This document shows positions 28,115 through 41,889 of a DNA stretch of 64,000 bases, piece after piece; positions within the stretch are counted from its first letter, which is position 1, and each line of letters begins with the position of its first letter. Origin of the DNA: Octopus vulgaris (taxonomy: Eukaryota); the NCBI GenBank assembly GCA_951406725.2, contig OX597819.1, forward strand, positions 98,828,001-98,892,000, in the 5' to 3' direction. The notes beneath the pieces were generated by a model. It saw only the letters and a program-made list of their open reading frames with translations, was not told the DNA's origin and did not search any database. A program made the translations under genes and the position numbers.

Positions 28115-28769
28115 TTGTTTATGTCAGTGTGTGTGCTTGGTATGCGTGCGTTTGCTTATGTTTCTACGTGTGTATGTGCGTGTGTATATTTGAAGATGAG
28201 TGCAAATATATATGTACATATGTCTTTGTATATATGCTAATCCGTATGTATGTATGTATGTATGTATGTATGTATGTACATGTATGTATGTATGTATGTA
28301 TGTATGTATGTACGTACGTATGTATGCATGTACGTTTTACGTACGTATGTATGTGTGTATGTATGTACGTACGTATGTATGTATGTATGTATGTATGTAT
28401 GTATGTATGTATGTATGTATGTATGTATGTGTTTATGTACGTACGTACTTATGTATAATTGTTTCGTCTGCAGCAGTTTTGAAGGAGACTTGCGAAAATG
28501 GGTTTTTTGTGTATCTTAACACTTATTTATTGTATGATTTTTTTTTTGTCAACTGATAATCAAATGTAAAAGAGGAGGGGGAAAGGCTCTCGAGGGTGGT
28601 GGTGGAGATGCTTTATTGAGGCAAACGGTGCGTCGTGTAGGCAAAGTAAAGGAGGAGGAAGGAAATGGGGGAACACAGTGTGTTTAAAACTATGTTACAT
28701 TTTGTTATTGAACGAGGTTGAAGCCATCTTCTGACAGAAAAGATTCACCACGAGGAAAAGAAGGATGTA

Positions 28770-28889
28770 GAAGAAGAAGAAGAAGAAGAAGAAGAAGAAG
28801 AAGAAGAAGAAGAAGAAGAAGAAGAAGATGAAGAAGAAGAAGAAGAAGAAGAAGAAGAAGAAGAAGAAGAAGAAGAAGAAGAAGAAGAA
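28770..28889. repeat. (GAA)n triplet repeat
   Basis: Direct reading, one GAT interruption. Confidence 0.97.
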
Positions 28890-30238
28890 AATGTAATAGA
28901 CGAATAGGTAAATGGGCTTTTATTGGTGTGTAGGGAACGAGAAGAGGAAAGTACTTTCTATTATTGCAATTACCATTTCCATTTGCCCAGAACCATTCAG
29001 TTGCCAAGTCTGGGCCCTGAGTACCTTTAGCGAAGTAGACCATATAAGGCAACTATGTCTCCTACTTGGGTTCTTTTCTGGTTGACTACACTTTTCAATT
29101 TCTTCAATTTTTGTCCCAATCGATTTCATATTCGGTGTATTGGTGCAGTTTTGTATGGTAATCATTGACATAAAGTTCATTTTCGCCATAAATCAATAAA
29201 TAAAGAGTTAATAACTTTTAAAGTTTGCTAATTTTAGGCAATTTTCGTCAATAGATGTCTGTTTTCATAGTAATAAGCCAAGCTGTTCCCAAACTGCTTA
29301 CCTATGTAGACATTTTCCCATATTAAATGCTTAAAATACATAAGAGATGAGGTAGTCGTGAGATGTGCTAAAAGCAATTGCTAATAGGCTTTAAATCACG
29401 CACTAATTCCTTTTCGCATAATCGTATGAATTCCTGTGTGTAGGATATAATTTCGCAAAAATTATGAGTGGTTATAAGGATTCATAAAACAGAATTCCGC
29501 CAATATTTCATTTGTTTACAGTTGACAACACGTGCACTCACGCATAAAATGATAGGTTCCAAATCCTGTTTTCTGACTGAGTAAAAATTATCAAACTTTA
29601 AATCTCTATAACTTTTCAAAATATTTTTTCTGGGAAAAGTGAATAAGCTCCTGAGATTTAGCGTGCAAAATTACATCAATACACCAAATTTAAAAAATTT
29701 CTCTAAACTTTCAAATTTCAACGGGTGCAGCCAAACATAAAAGTTCCCCTATTTGAAGATGTCTTCTTCCCTCCTTCCCACCAGACAGCAGGTCCTAGAA
29801 AGGGCCATGAGCATTGCCTCTTCCTTCTGACTAATCGATAACTTAATGTATACGGGACTGATTTATATTTCTATAATGTACTGTATATGGGAATGGAATA
29901 TTAATAGAAAACATGGCGAAGGAAGATAAAGCAAGATGTGTGAAGGCGACTCAGTCGGCCGGAATTATATTCTGGGATAGGACGGTTGTTCATCACAATT
30001 GTATCTCACCACAGGAGTTTAATACGCGTTTCGCTGAGTGACAGACTTAAAGACGTCTAAAACAGAAATATCGCACTCGTATACGATCACAATTTTTTAT
30101 ATTTATCTAGCTCGAATAATGGTGGCTAATAAGATGTTAGCAACAGCAGTAGCAGTAGTAGTTTTTGTGGTGGCGCTGGTAGTGTTGTAGGTGATGCTGG
30201 TAGTAATTTTAATAATAGTAGTTATAATGGTGAGCAAT

Positions 30239-30271
<33 letters not shown>

Positions 30272-30576
30272 AAGAAGAAGAAGAAGAAGAAGAAGAAGAA
30301 AACAATGATACAAAATATAGATAGAAATACAACGAAGAAAAGTAACTTAGAAAAAAGAAAAAGAGAAGGAAGAAAAGGAAAAGAAAGATTTTTAAAAAAT
30401 AAAATCTAAGAAAACGGGATATATCGTAAACGATCATTCTTGTATGAAAAATGAGTATGTGGTTTCAAATCTTTGTCCAATACTTATTATGAACAGTGAT
30501 TCTTGAATATTCTTTGTAGTAACTTTTTTTTTAATGAAAAGTCGTTTAAAAAAATTCCTTCAATTAAATAGATGTT

Positions 30577-30981
30577 CAGTGGTTCATTATCCATATTTTC
30601 TGATGCCATCCCTCCCAGCATGTGTCTCTTTCTAGATATTTGCATACACTAGCAACCCTCTATTAAATTTTGGGGAAAATTATTAAAGAAGATTAGGACT
30701 TATATAACAAAGTTATAATAGACATTGGCTCCTCATCTAATAGACCTTGGCTCCTCATGCTTGCTTACTTATATCACAAGGTTCTATTGATATTGTAATG
30801 AAAAAAAAATTCTGGTTTGAAACATGTGTTAAATATAAATATTGTACCTGGTTTAAATTTCCTTTTTTTTTTTTTCAAAAAAGAAAAAGAAAAAAATCTC
30901 TTCAAGTGCCATGACAGCGTCTCCCTTTGTGAGCTCACAACATCTTTAAGGAGGTGCTGCCGCCTCGGTTAAGAACCATTA
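30577..30981. mobile_element. Possible degenerate hAT-type MITE
   Basis: cagtggttcattatcc ... ggttaagaaccatta imperfect inverted ends. Confidence 0.3.
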
Positions 30982-31454
30982 TAATGATCAACACCAGGCG
31001 CCACTATATTCGCCGCTACGACTATAAATTGTTCACTATTAACATTGTGTGACGTTGGAAATGTAGGTCTAAGATGTTATTCGGTTTAATATTTCATTAA
31101 CGACCTTAACTTGGCGTAAACCCAATTATTAGTAAATGTAATGCAGTTTGCGCTTTGTCGATCTCAATCGATATGGTGCTAAAAGTTAAATATATCAATG
31201 TCTCAGGCTTATAATATATTCAGCTACGTTGATCTCGTTTAGAAATACACGTAGTCGCTGATGTTTGCTGAATAGTTAAGGTTTTCATTAATTCTGTAAA
31301 TAAAAGGAAGCTTAATGTTTGTGTTTGTTTCCTTTAATGTAATTCATCAGAAAGTAAGATAAGCACACTGCACAACAGACGATAAATATTATACTTAACA
31401 TATGTGAAGGCCTTCAGATGAAAGACAGCTATTTCCTATGTAATATATAGTAAG

Positions 31455-31705
31455 TTCTATCAACCAACAAGTAAATGAAAAGACTTTTGACTATAGGACA
31501 AACATTTATTGACTTCAAGTAGAAGGAACTGGTTAACTTATTTAACTGTTATATCTGCACCAGAAGATAATTTTTACATAATATATAGTATCTTGCAATA
31601 AATATTAATTTCCGTCAACCAAAAAATAAATGAAAAAGCTTTTGACTATAAGACAAACATGTAGTAACTTCAAGTACAAAGAATCGGTTAACTTATTTAA
31701 CAGTT
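31455..31705. repeat. Diverged local tandem duplication (~155-bp period)
   Basis: tcaaccaa..a.taaatgaaaa..cttttgactata.gacaaacat.ta.t.acttcaagta..a.gaa..ggttaacttatttaac occurs twice. Confidence 0.85.
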
Positions 31706-32081
31706 CTTTCTACAAGGGTGATAACGTTAAATTAGACAGTAAAAATATAGCTATAAATATCTTAAATTTAGATGTAGAAAATATTTAATGCTTTCATTAG
31801 TAACAAAAATTAAAATTAAATAGTTCAAAACGCTTGCACGTTAATGTTGATAATGGTGCCTGGGTATAGATATTTTTTTGATTCTCTCATTGATTTAGAG
31901 GAATATGGGTTCCAACGGTTCGATTAATGGCACTACCAGCCCAGTGTACTGTAGCGTGAAATAGCTGAGTATCCGCTGACATTTCAACCTATAATGTAAT
32001 ATTTAGGTAACCTTACTGTGACACGTAGTGCGACAAGACTGACTTTAGAACTGTAATTACAAAGACACACACACACAAACA

Positions 32082-32141
<60 letters not shown>

Positions 32142-32159
32142 GCGTGTGTGTGTATACCT

Positions 32160-32375
32160 TTGTGTCTATGTTTGTCCCCTACAACCGCTTGACAACTGGT
32201 GTTCGTGTGTTTACGTCACCGTAACTTAGCAGCTCAGCAAAAGAGAACAATATAATGAGTACGAGGCTTAAAAAAAGGAAGATAAGTACTGGAGCTAATC
32301 GATTCATTCTACTAAAAATTCTTCCAGGCAATGCCTCTGTATTGCTGCGGTCTAATGACTGAAACAAGTGAAAGA
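32160..32375 (+). mobile_element. SINE family B, 3' half (diverged)
   Basis: cgcttgacaactggtg...gtaacttagc...aatgactgaaacaagt. Confidence 0.75.
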
Positions 32376-33066
32376 TATATATATATATATATGCATCTGT
32401 CAATCTACAAAGATATTGCAATAGTGCCGTCGCATACAGACGGGAAGCCTACAGTTTTAATAACCACTAGTAGAAAGGCTATAATCAAAGCATCTATCAG
32501 CTTAATTTCGGATATGTTCCTTGTATGGGAAATTCGAAGCTTAAACTAATTTTTGATTAAAGAGATGCAAGAGTCTTCTAGTGATTGAGTTAGTATTGTA
32601 ACATGCAATAATTTCTTTCATCAGAGTGTGATATAAACTATAAAGAAAAGATAAACAGAACATTTTGAATATCATAACTTTCTTATGAGGAGGAATTGAT
32701 AAAAGCCATTCCGGTCGGAAATCCAAAACGAATTTCAGGTTCACATGAGCTGTAACATTCTGGATGGACAACCTGCAGGAACATCAGTCGACTGTCGACG
32801 ATGATAATTCAAATGAATGTTAGAAATGACATTGATATAACCAGTAATAGCTACAATAGCTGCAATAACTACCGCAACATCAAGATCAGTCAGTCTCGCT
32901 AGTATGTTGGGTTACATGGTAAATGAAATTGTGCGGCCTGAAGCAAAACGTTACAAACACGATTTGGTGGAGTGTTAGTAGTCTAGTGCAACAGTGGTAC
33001 CAGTTGAGGCACATAAGCTGATAAGCAACAAGGAAAATAGCAAAAGTAGCAATAATAGCACATAAA

Positions 33067-33280
33067 TCTTTTATCGTTTACTTGTTTCAGTTATTAGACC
33101 ACGACCTTGCGAGGGCACCGCCTTGAAATTTTAGTCGAGTGAATCGGCCCCAGTATTTCTTTGTTTTAAGAGTGATACTTATTCTTTTGGTATCTTTTAC
33201 CATACCACTCAGTTACGGAGATGCAAACACACCAACACTGGTTGTCAAGCGGGGGTGGTGGGACAAACACAGAGGTGAAG
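33067..33280 (-). mobile_element. SINE family B, 3' half (diverged)
   Basis: tttacttgtttcagt...gcaccgcc...ggttgtcaagcg on +. Confidence 0.75.
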
Positions 33281-33769
33281 ACACACATACACATAGATTT
33301 ATAAATACATACATTCATACATATATACATACATACATACATACATACACACACACACACTCATACACTCACACACAGAGGTTATAATAAGTTCTACTCG
33401 GGAATAGCCTAAGACCTTTTGGTTTCCTCTTCTTGTGAATTGTGGCCTTCCTTTAGTATTCCTGTTGTTTTAGATCGATGCATAGATGTATGTATATATG
33501 TAAGTATACTGTAAAGTGTTAATATGTATGTATAATATATAACATATATTATAAAAATATGTTAGTGGTATTCAATTTCTGAACAGGTTTGCTGCCGTTT
33601 GTTTATGTAGTTTGATTTCTTTGTCCATCAGTTTCTATTAATATAGAGACGAGAGTAAAATTAATAATAGAGAACTGAAAATAAACTTTGGAAACAGTCT
33701 AAAGGGAGATAATTGAGAAAGACTTGAAAGTCAACGTAAGATCGTAATCATGTAAAGCAAAGTAAATAT

Positions 33770-33972
33770 AACAAATAATCCAAAATCCTTGTCCGGTAAC
33801 GGATCGATCCCAAAACCTAATCAGATCGTGGCAGTCTCAAGACCAACTATCCCTAAAAGTTTCATCCGAAACCATCCAGCGGTTTCTGAGCTATTTTGTC
33901 CACTGCCATACAAACAAACAAACAAACAGGACTGACAACAACACCTCCGCCCTCGCTAAGGCGGATGTAATA
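33770..33972 (+). mobile_element. Helentron/HINE (DINE-1-like) non-autonomous element end
   Basis: aagtttcatccgaaaccatccagcggtttctgag, a (CAAA)n tract, then subterminal hairpin acctccgcc-ctcgctaa-ggcggatgt followed by aataat. Confidence 0.55.
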
Positions 33973-34432
33973 ATATTGGCTTCAAACTTGGGCACAAAGC
34001 CAGTAATTTTAGATTGGAGATGGCAGTGGGGGCATGTAAATTATATCTACTACAGTACTGAACTGGTACTTTATTTCATCGACTCCGAAAGGATGAAGGC
34101 AGAAATTAACCACGGTAGTTTTTGAATAGTAATAATGAAATAAAATGCAACAATAAAAATAATAACAACAGCAAAAGCATTAAAAAAATGATAAGAATAA
34201 TAGCATCGGTAACAATTAATGAAAAAAAAAAAAAGCTAACGTGAAACACATAAAAGGAAATATCGATAATTTGATTGATTTCGATTGATATAAAGAATAT
34301 TAAAATATTTGAGTATACCGCATCTTCATAGCAAAGTTTAACAAAGACACAGTGCACTAGATCTCATTAAGTGTAGGTGTGTGTATATATGAATACTATA
34401 TATAAATACATACATATATACATGTATATATG

Positions 34433-34546
<114 letters not shown>

Positions 34547-34820
34547 CTAGCATAATTTTATCTGTATAGCATTATACGCGTATGCGTGTGCGTGTGTATG
34601 GAAGTGTGTGTGTGTGTGAGTGCTTATATTATATACTTATATATGTTTATACTCTAAGAGATGAATATTGAAATATTGATAAATTTGTGTGTGTGTGTGT
34701 GTGTGTGTACGGACGCATGTATGAAGGTGAGAGTGTGTGCATGTATTTGAGTATAATGTTTTACACGTTACTGAGCTTAAGGTTGCTTATAATCATTTAC
34801 ATAAACACGTACACTCTCAG

Positions 34821-34871
<51 letters not shown>

Positions 34872-34941
34872 GAGAGAGAGAGAGAGAGAAAGAGAGAAAG
34901 AGGAGAGAGATAAATATACATACAAACACAAACATACACAA

Positions 34942-34985
<44 letters not shown>

Positions 34986-35063
34986 GCATAATTATATATA
35001 CACATATACGTTTGCATTGTATGGTTTTATGTATGAATGTAGGTTTCTGGGTGAGTGTGTTTA

Positions 35064-35094
<31 letters not shown>

Positions 35095-35369
35095 GTGTGT
35101 GTGTTTGTGTGTGTGTATCTATAAGTTTATGTGTTCGATAGTTGCGTATTTATACATTAGATTGGTTTGATTCATAAAATTCTTATTGTAACATTTGTAC
35201 ACTTACTGATTGTTGAGATATTGAAAAAGCCATATATCTATTGATATTTCATGTACAGAGCGTAAGGTATCCATATAACTGCTGATGATATACCATGTTT
35301 ACGATATAAGATATCCAGATATTTGTTGATGATATACCATGTATATGGTGTATGATATGTATAGATTTA

Positions 35370-35490
35370 GGTGCAGGCGTGGCTGTGTGGTTAGAAGTTT
35401 GCTTCTTAACCACACGATTCCGGGTTCACTCCCATTGCATGTAACTTGGGCAAATGTCTTCTACTACAGTCCGGGCCAACAAAAGCCTTG

Positions 35491-35522
<32 letters not shown>

Positions 35523-35730
35523 CATGCGCGCGTGTGTGTGTGTGTGAGTGTGTGTGAGTGTGTGTGTGTGTATGTGTGTGTGTGTGTGTGTGCATGTGTG
35601 TGTGCGTAGTCTTTGCGTCAATATCCCCTTACTATCACTTGACAAACTGTTTTGGCGTGTTTCTTTTCCCGTAACTTAGTGGGGACGGAAAGAATAGGTA
35701 GCAGGCTTTAGTAGATAAGTCATGGAGTTT
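35370..35730 (+). mobile_element. SINE family B (diverged)
   Basis: ggtgcaggcgtggctgtgtgg...ccgggttcactccc...cttgggcaaatgtcttctac, internal (TA)n(TG)n. Confidence 0.8.
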
Positions 35731-36577
35731 TTTTCGCCCTGCCATTGACCAGACCAGCCACATGGGTTTCTCGCGCTATCCCTTAGGACTTTTTCCATTT
35801 CTCATTTCTGTTACCTCACTACGTCCGTTTGATGGCTGAAAGGCCTTGTTCTGTTGTATATGTATAATTATTCTTTTTCTGTTGTATTTGTATTATTACT
35901 TTATTTTTTGTTGTATAGGTACAATTGTTATATTATTTTAGCTTGTCTTGTTTGTTTTTGTCCTTGTATACATACAATAGCTATTCCCAAAAGCTTCCTG
36001 CTCTGGCGCTGTCAGGACGGTTTAGTATCAATTTTAAAAGCGCGAAACCACTAGGATGTCTTGGGCATTGACTGATGAAAAATCAGCTGCGAATTTTCCG
36101 TGAGTTATGATTTTGTCTAATTTTTCGATTGTTATGTCTTTGTTAATTTTCTGTATGTTATATTTTCGTCAAATTTGTTCCTTTTGTTCTGTTCTGTTCT
36201 GTCTATACAATTCTTGAAATATATATATGTTAATAGGTATCATATATATACATATACACAGACACACGCACAGCACACAGCACACACACACAGACGACAC
36301 AGGCACACGCCCGCGCGCGCACACACACAAACACACACATCACACACACACACACGCACACATATATATATATATCATACTACGCAGCCAAATGTACCAA
36401 CAGGTGACTTTATATGACGGAAACTGCTTTCTTCAAAATTGTAGTAGTTCCAGGTTTCTACATAAATAGCTTTTTTTGTTATATAATCAATGGTACCAAT
36501 AATAGTAGATATTATAAAGGACTTTATAGTAAGGGTAGAAAAGTATAGGCTTTTGCTATCTATACACACAGACGAAT

Positions 36578-36694
<117 letters not shown>

Positions 36695-37150
36695 CATACA
36701 CATATACAAATACATATATACATGCGTTCACATACATACACACAGGTATACATGTACGCTCACATATACACTGAAACAGGCACCCAAAAGCGCATGAACA
36801 TGAATACGTAATGTCTTTATGCAAATTTAGAATTCTAATTACCTGTTATTATATATTATTAAGACGTACACACAAACACCTTCATACACATGTATTCACG
36901 CGCGCGTGTAGTGTCGGTATGTGCGCGTGTGTACGAGTGTGTGATTATGCATACGTATCTATCTATATGTATATGTATTTGATGTCCTTAGATATTGTTG
37001 TCCTCCAACATTGACTTTGGGTTGTTAGATAAAATGATATGAAAAGCCAGCCACTACAGTTGTTATATAACAACTTGAATGGCATTGTATGAAGGAAGGT
37101 GAGCACAGAACAGGGGGGATTTTACAACGTCCTGCATACTATAGTATGTG

Positions 37151-37182
<32 letters not shown>

Positions 37183-37442
37183 AGCAGCAGCAACAAAAGC
37201 AACAACTGCAGAAACAACATCAGCAAAAATATAGCAAAATAACAGCAACACTGATAAATGTCAGCCTTCTAGATCTTGTAAATCACAAGAGAAAATATAG
37301 AAATAAATAAAAAGAAAGACAGGCAGATGGGTGGAAAACTAGCTAGATAGATAGATAAAGAGGGATAGGTGAAGTGAGAGAAATAGACAGTAAGTTAGTG
37401 AGGTAGACATAAAAAAATTTGTAAATGACTGTGTGAGTGAGT

Positions 37443-37536
<94 letters not shown>

Positions 37537-37537
37537 A

Positions 37538-37568
<31 letters not shown>

Positions 37569-38159
37569 AAGACTGTGTGTGTATGTTTGAGAAACAATGT
37601 TTTTAACTAACTACAAAGGTTTGATTGAAATTCGATCCACTAGCAAACCGGTTTACAAAGTCTTACAAAAGAGCTGTCATTGAAGCTCGATGCAGCAGAA
37701 GAAACTAGACCAAGAGATCAAATACTTGGAACCGCTAATGTTGATAGAAGATGATGTAGCAATAAGTCAAGACATGCGCAGTAGTGGGCTTCTTCAACCC
37801 AATTATATCGTAATATTTATACACTAAATGTAGGTTTTAAGACGTGCTAAGAATATATCTGTTATGAAACAGATGTTGTTGCTGTTGTTGCGCGGGTCAG
37901 TCAACATTGAACTGAGCCATAATTAAATCATTCCAGCCATGACCATCCTGTCTATTTTCAGACACTATGCACAGTGAATCAATACCATATCATCCGGTGC
38001 GTTTTCATTAAGACGATATCGTGTGATTTGGGAGCGATTTGGTTGTAATTTCCAGTAGAGCTTGGGACTTCTTACAAGTCTCTTCATTGCCTTACAGGGG
38101 AAGATGTTGAGGCAGTTGTTTTCTTGTTCCATGAATCATCTCAGTGAGGGGTGGTAAGT

Positions 38160-38472
38160 ACCTTAGGGGTTAGGGTAATCGGCTCACAATCGTAAGCTAG
38201 GGAGTTCGATTCCCGGCGGCGTATTGTGTCCTTGAATAAGATACTTTATTTCACGTTGCTCCATTCCACTCAGCTGGCAAAAATGAGTTCTACTTATAAT
38301 TCAAAGGGCCAGCCTTGCCACAATCTGTGTCACACTGAATCTCTCTGAGAACTACGCGAATGGTACACGTGTCTCTGGAGTGCTCACACACTTGCACGTA
38401 AATTTAACGAGCATGCTGTTCTGTTGATAGGACCAGCTAGAACCTTCGTCATCGTAATAAACGGAGTGCTAC
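38160..38472 (+). mobile_element. tRNA-derived SINE family E
   Basis: B-box gagttcgattccc, CORE-like gtgtccttgaataagatac; body matches the reverse copy at 48748-49046. Confidence 0.8.
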
Positions 38473-38542
38473 CTGAGCGAGCAGCTTATAATCAGAATTA
38501 AACTAATCAATGAGCATTCTGTTTTATCTCAGACAAGAGGTT

Positions 38543-38731
38543 CACTAAAAACACTATTTTACAAATGGACATTCCCACGGCTTTATCGATCGCATTCTCA
38601 CCTGGAATGGATTTTTGTAATTTTTTCAAGGCTTATACACGCCCTGATACCGGCGGTATCTACATATCAAATTTGAGCGCAATTGGATGGAGGATGCCCG
38701 AGATTCTAGAAGACACACAGACAGACAGACA
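38543..38731 (+). mobile_element. Helitron/HINE-like fragment ending in (CAGA)n
   Basis: caaatttgagcgcaattggatggaggatg...agacacacagacagacagac architecture. Confidence 0.4.
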
Positions 38732-38812
38732 GGGAGAGTTTACGAAAAAACAATAGACGAAGACAGGTGGTGTACAAAACAAACAGATGTATTAGTATAA
38801 CGCTCAGGAATA
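38732..38812 (-). mobile_element. Family G short element, copy 3 (truncated before the hammerhead)
   Basis: gggagagtttacg...cgctcaggaata, docked at (CAGA)n. Confidence 0.8.
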
Positions 38813-39150
38813 TCTGCCATGTAAACAAGAGTTTCATATTCAATATCGTACATTATTTAATTTTCTTTTGCCTCTCGATTCTGTTTCTCTCCCTGATTAT
38901 CTTCATTGTGCACTTCTTTGAATGCTGTTTTCTCGCTTTATATTTCTAAATTTTCAGGCACATGCCTTCGCTTGTCTTTGAGTATTATTTGTTCTTTATT
39001 TGTCTACCTCTTCTTTGCCTTTTTCCATACACTTTTTCTTATTGCCTGCTTTTTAATACTCATGTGAGTGGCTGTAATTGAGAGTATGCACATATGTATG
39101 TATAAAACCCATTTGTTTATAAACTTAGCCACATAAACAATTATATTGGC

Positions 39151-39193
<43 letters not shown>

Positions 39194-39785
39194 TGTATGT
39201 ATGTATGTATGTATGTATGTATGTATAAATATTTAGATATAAAATATACATATTTTCAAACGTATTTACGCGGCAAATCCGATTATTCATGTCAACCACG
39301 TGGTTGAGATTAATAATCAGATTTACCTCGTATTTACGTGTGAATATAGGTATGTATTAATATATACGCATGCATTTGTATGGATATGTATATATATATA
39401 TTTACATTCATGTACTTTTGGTATATTCTACTGATTATGGTAAAGTAATAGTGTTACTAAACTAGAAATCAGACGATGTAGCATTAACCTAACAAAAAAT
39501 ATTTTTATTAAATCTCTTTCATTCATTTCCTCGCTTTCAGCTTTGTGCTAATGGAGTGTAATTTGAATTGGTTTTTGGTGTCATTTGACGTCTATCTCTA
39601 GCATGCAGGTGGTGTTTCTCAGTACCCTTAATTATATATTTATATCTATACTAATTTTTACCTTTATGGTTTTTATTACATGCTGGCCACTGATAAGATT
39701 ATTAATTGATTTCTTCTTTATATATGTGAGTGTATATATATATATATATATATATATATGCTTTCGGAGCGAATGGTTATAAATG

Positions 39786-39837
<52 letters not shown>

Positions 39838-40199
39838 CATATATATATGGGAAAATCTTAGCTGTCATTTGCAGTAATGCATGAACTAGTAGCTATTATT
39901 ATGCTTTTGCTAATCATTTCATGTGTCTGTATACCTGAGAGCAGACACAGACTTTATCTAGGTTAGAGAGTGTCTATGTCTGCTTGACTCCCTTAATTTA
40001 GTGGAACGTCCAATATGTGACTGCCAGAGAAGGGAAAGTCACACCAGTACTCAGCTGGTACTCCATATTTCAGGTAAGTAGATTGGCGAAACCTTAAATG
40101 ACGAATATACTGTCTACTTCAGAAAACGAACGCACGAACTAATGATGGTGAGACCACTAATATAACTACTAGACCACAGATGTGGTATGTGTACATACG

Positions 40200-40287
<88 letters not shown>

Positions 40288-40880
40288 ACTTCTTCAAGTA
40301 CCACTTGAAAAGGAAAGTGAGAGTAGAGAGGCAAGTTTTGTCTAGCGAATGTTTTAAAAAAAGATGGGTGAATGTAGCAAGGATGGCACGTATGAATGAC
40401 GAAGTCACCTTGAGCATAATCCTATGAACCCAGAAATTGAAAACAGAGGGTTACCCACTTGCAAACAAATGTGGTAGCATATAACAATATTGACCAAGGT
40501 TACTGTGGTCTTTTTCGTAGGCTTTTCTTCCCACGGATAAACCTTGCTTGCTTTCCCCTTTACACCATATATCATAACACTTTGATACACGATCCCTATT
40601 GATCGTTCTTTTTTTTCCTCTTCCCCTTTTTCCCCTTTTTTCTTCTTTTTTCATTTCTCTTTCCTTTTGTTCCTTTTCCTTTTCTTTTTTTTTCTTTTTA
40701 TTCTTCTTATTTTATTCAATTTTTTTTTGTTCTTTTCTTCCCTTTTACGATCCCTCTTGATCGAAAACCTACGCCACCCCTTTTTTTCTTTTGTTTTTTG
40801 TTCTCTTCATCTCCCAAAAGAAAAGCTCTACCTTGTAACTTGTCCCATCTGTGTGCAGCCTTGTGTGGCCAATAAAGAAA
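40288..40880 (+). mobile_element. 5'-truncated Tx1/L1-like LINE: ORF2 C-terminus + 3' UTR, inserted in (ATCT)n
   Basis: NFFKYHLKRKVRVERQVLSSECFKKRWV...* resembles Tx1-type ORF2 ends (LKxKIRxER...F..RW); pyrimidine-rich UTR; AATAAA at 40871; (ATCT)n on both sides. Confidence 0.6.
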
Positions 40881-40881
40881 C

Positions 40882-40936
<55 letters not shown>

Positions 40937-40994
40937 CCTAGTTATGCATCGTATTATATATATATATATATACATACATACATACATACATACA

Positions 40995-41030
<36 letters not shown>

Positions 41031-41101
41031 TATATATATGTATATATATATGTATATATGCATTTGTGTATATATTATGTATACATATGTATTTATATAC
41101 A

Positions 41102-41134
<33 letters not shown>

Positions 41135-41748
41135 ACATATGTATATGTATGTACATATAGATATATATAAGTGTATATATGTATGTTTCCATATGTGTAT
41201 GCATGTAGACATTAAAATACATATGAATGTTTTGCATCTTTTAAAAGATAGTCATTTATATTTTCATAGTGTTCAGCTATGTTCAAGAGACGGTCGAGCT
41301 TGCTAGAAAATTAACGGGCTGTTACACCGCTTACATTTGCAAGATCAAATCACATGAAATCTGCTTCGGCGTTCTATTGATCTGAAGGAGATACTAGCGC
41401 CATCTGGTTTTAAGCAATGCGAAACACCTCATTAAAGGTGCACCAATCATTAAAAAAGAAAAAAAAAATGATTCCGAGAGCATAACATTAATTCTAAATT
41501 TATAAGCTTTCGGTATTGATTATGTATCAATAATATCAAGAGGAGCTAAGCGAACTTTTTGGGAAACTATCAAATGGATGCATAAACATTCTCTTCAAAA
41601 CAAATATACAATAAAATGATTGAACATATACTCACAAAAATATATATGTAAGAAAAAAACAATAGTAGACATAGGCATACTATGAAACGTATGCACACAA
41701 ATACATACGAAAAACATGGCGTTACCTTTCTTTGGCAATCTAAACAGG

Positions 41749-41811
<63 letters not shown>

Positions 41812-41858
41812 ATATGTGTGTGTGTGTGTGTGTACACAGACACACACATACGTATGCA

Positions 41859-41889
<31 letters not shown>

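Noticed and set aside
28920-29189. 89-aa non-repetitive ORF on minus (MAKMNF...)
   Set aside because: No recognisable motif or splice signals; length compatible with chance.
30719-30760. 22-bp tandem duplication (similar ~45-bp one at ~35282-35350)
   Set aside because: Ordinary slippage-type micro-duplications with no further structure.
37691-37828. Short coding-looking ORF MQQKKLDQEIKYLEPLM...
   Set aside because: About 45 aa, in-frame stop just upstream, no acceptor/donor support or recognised homology.
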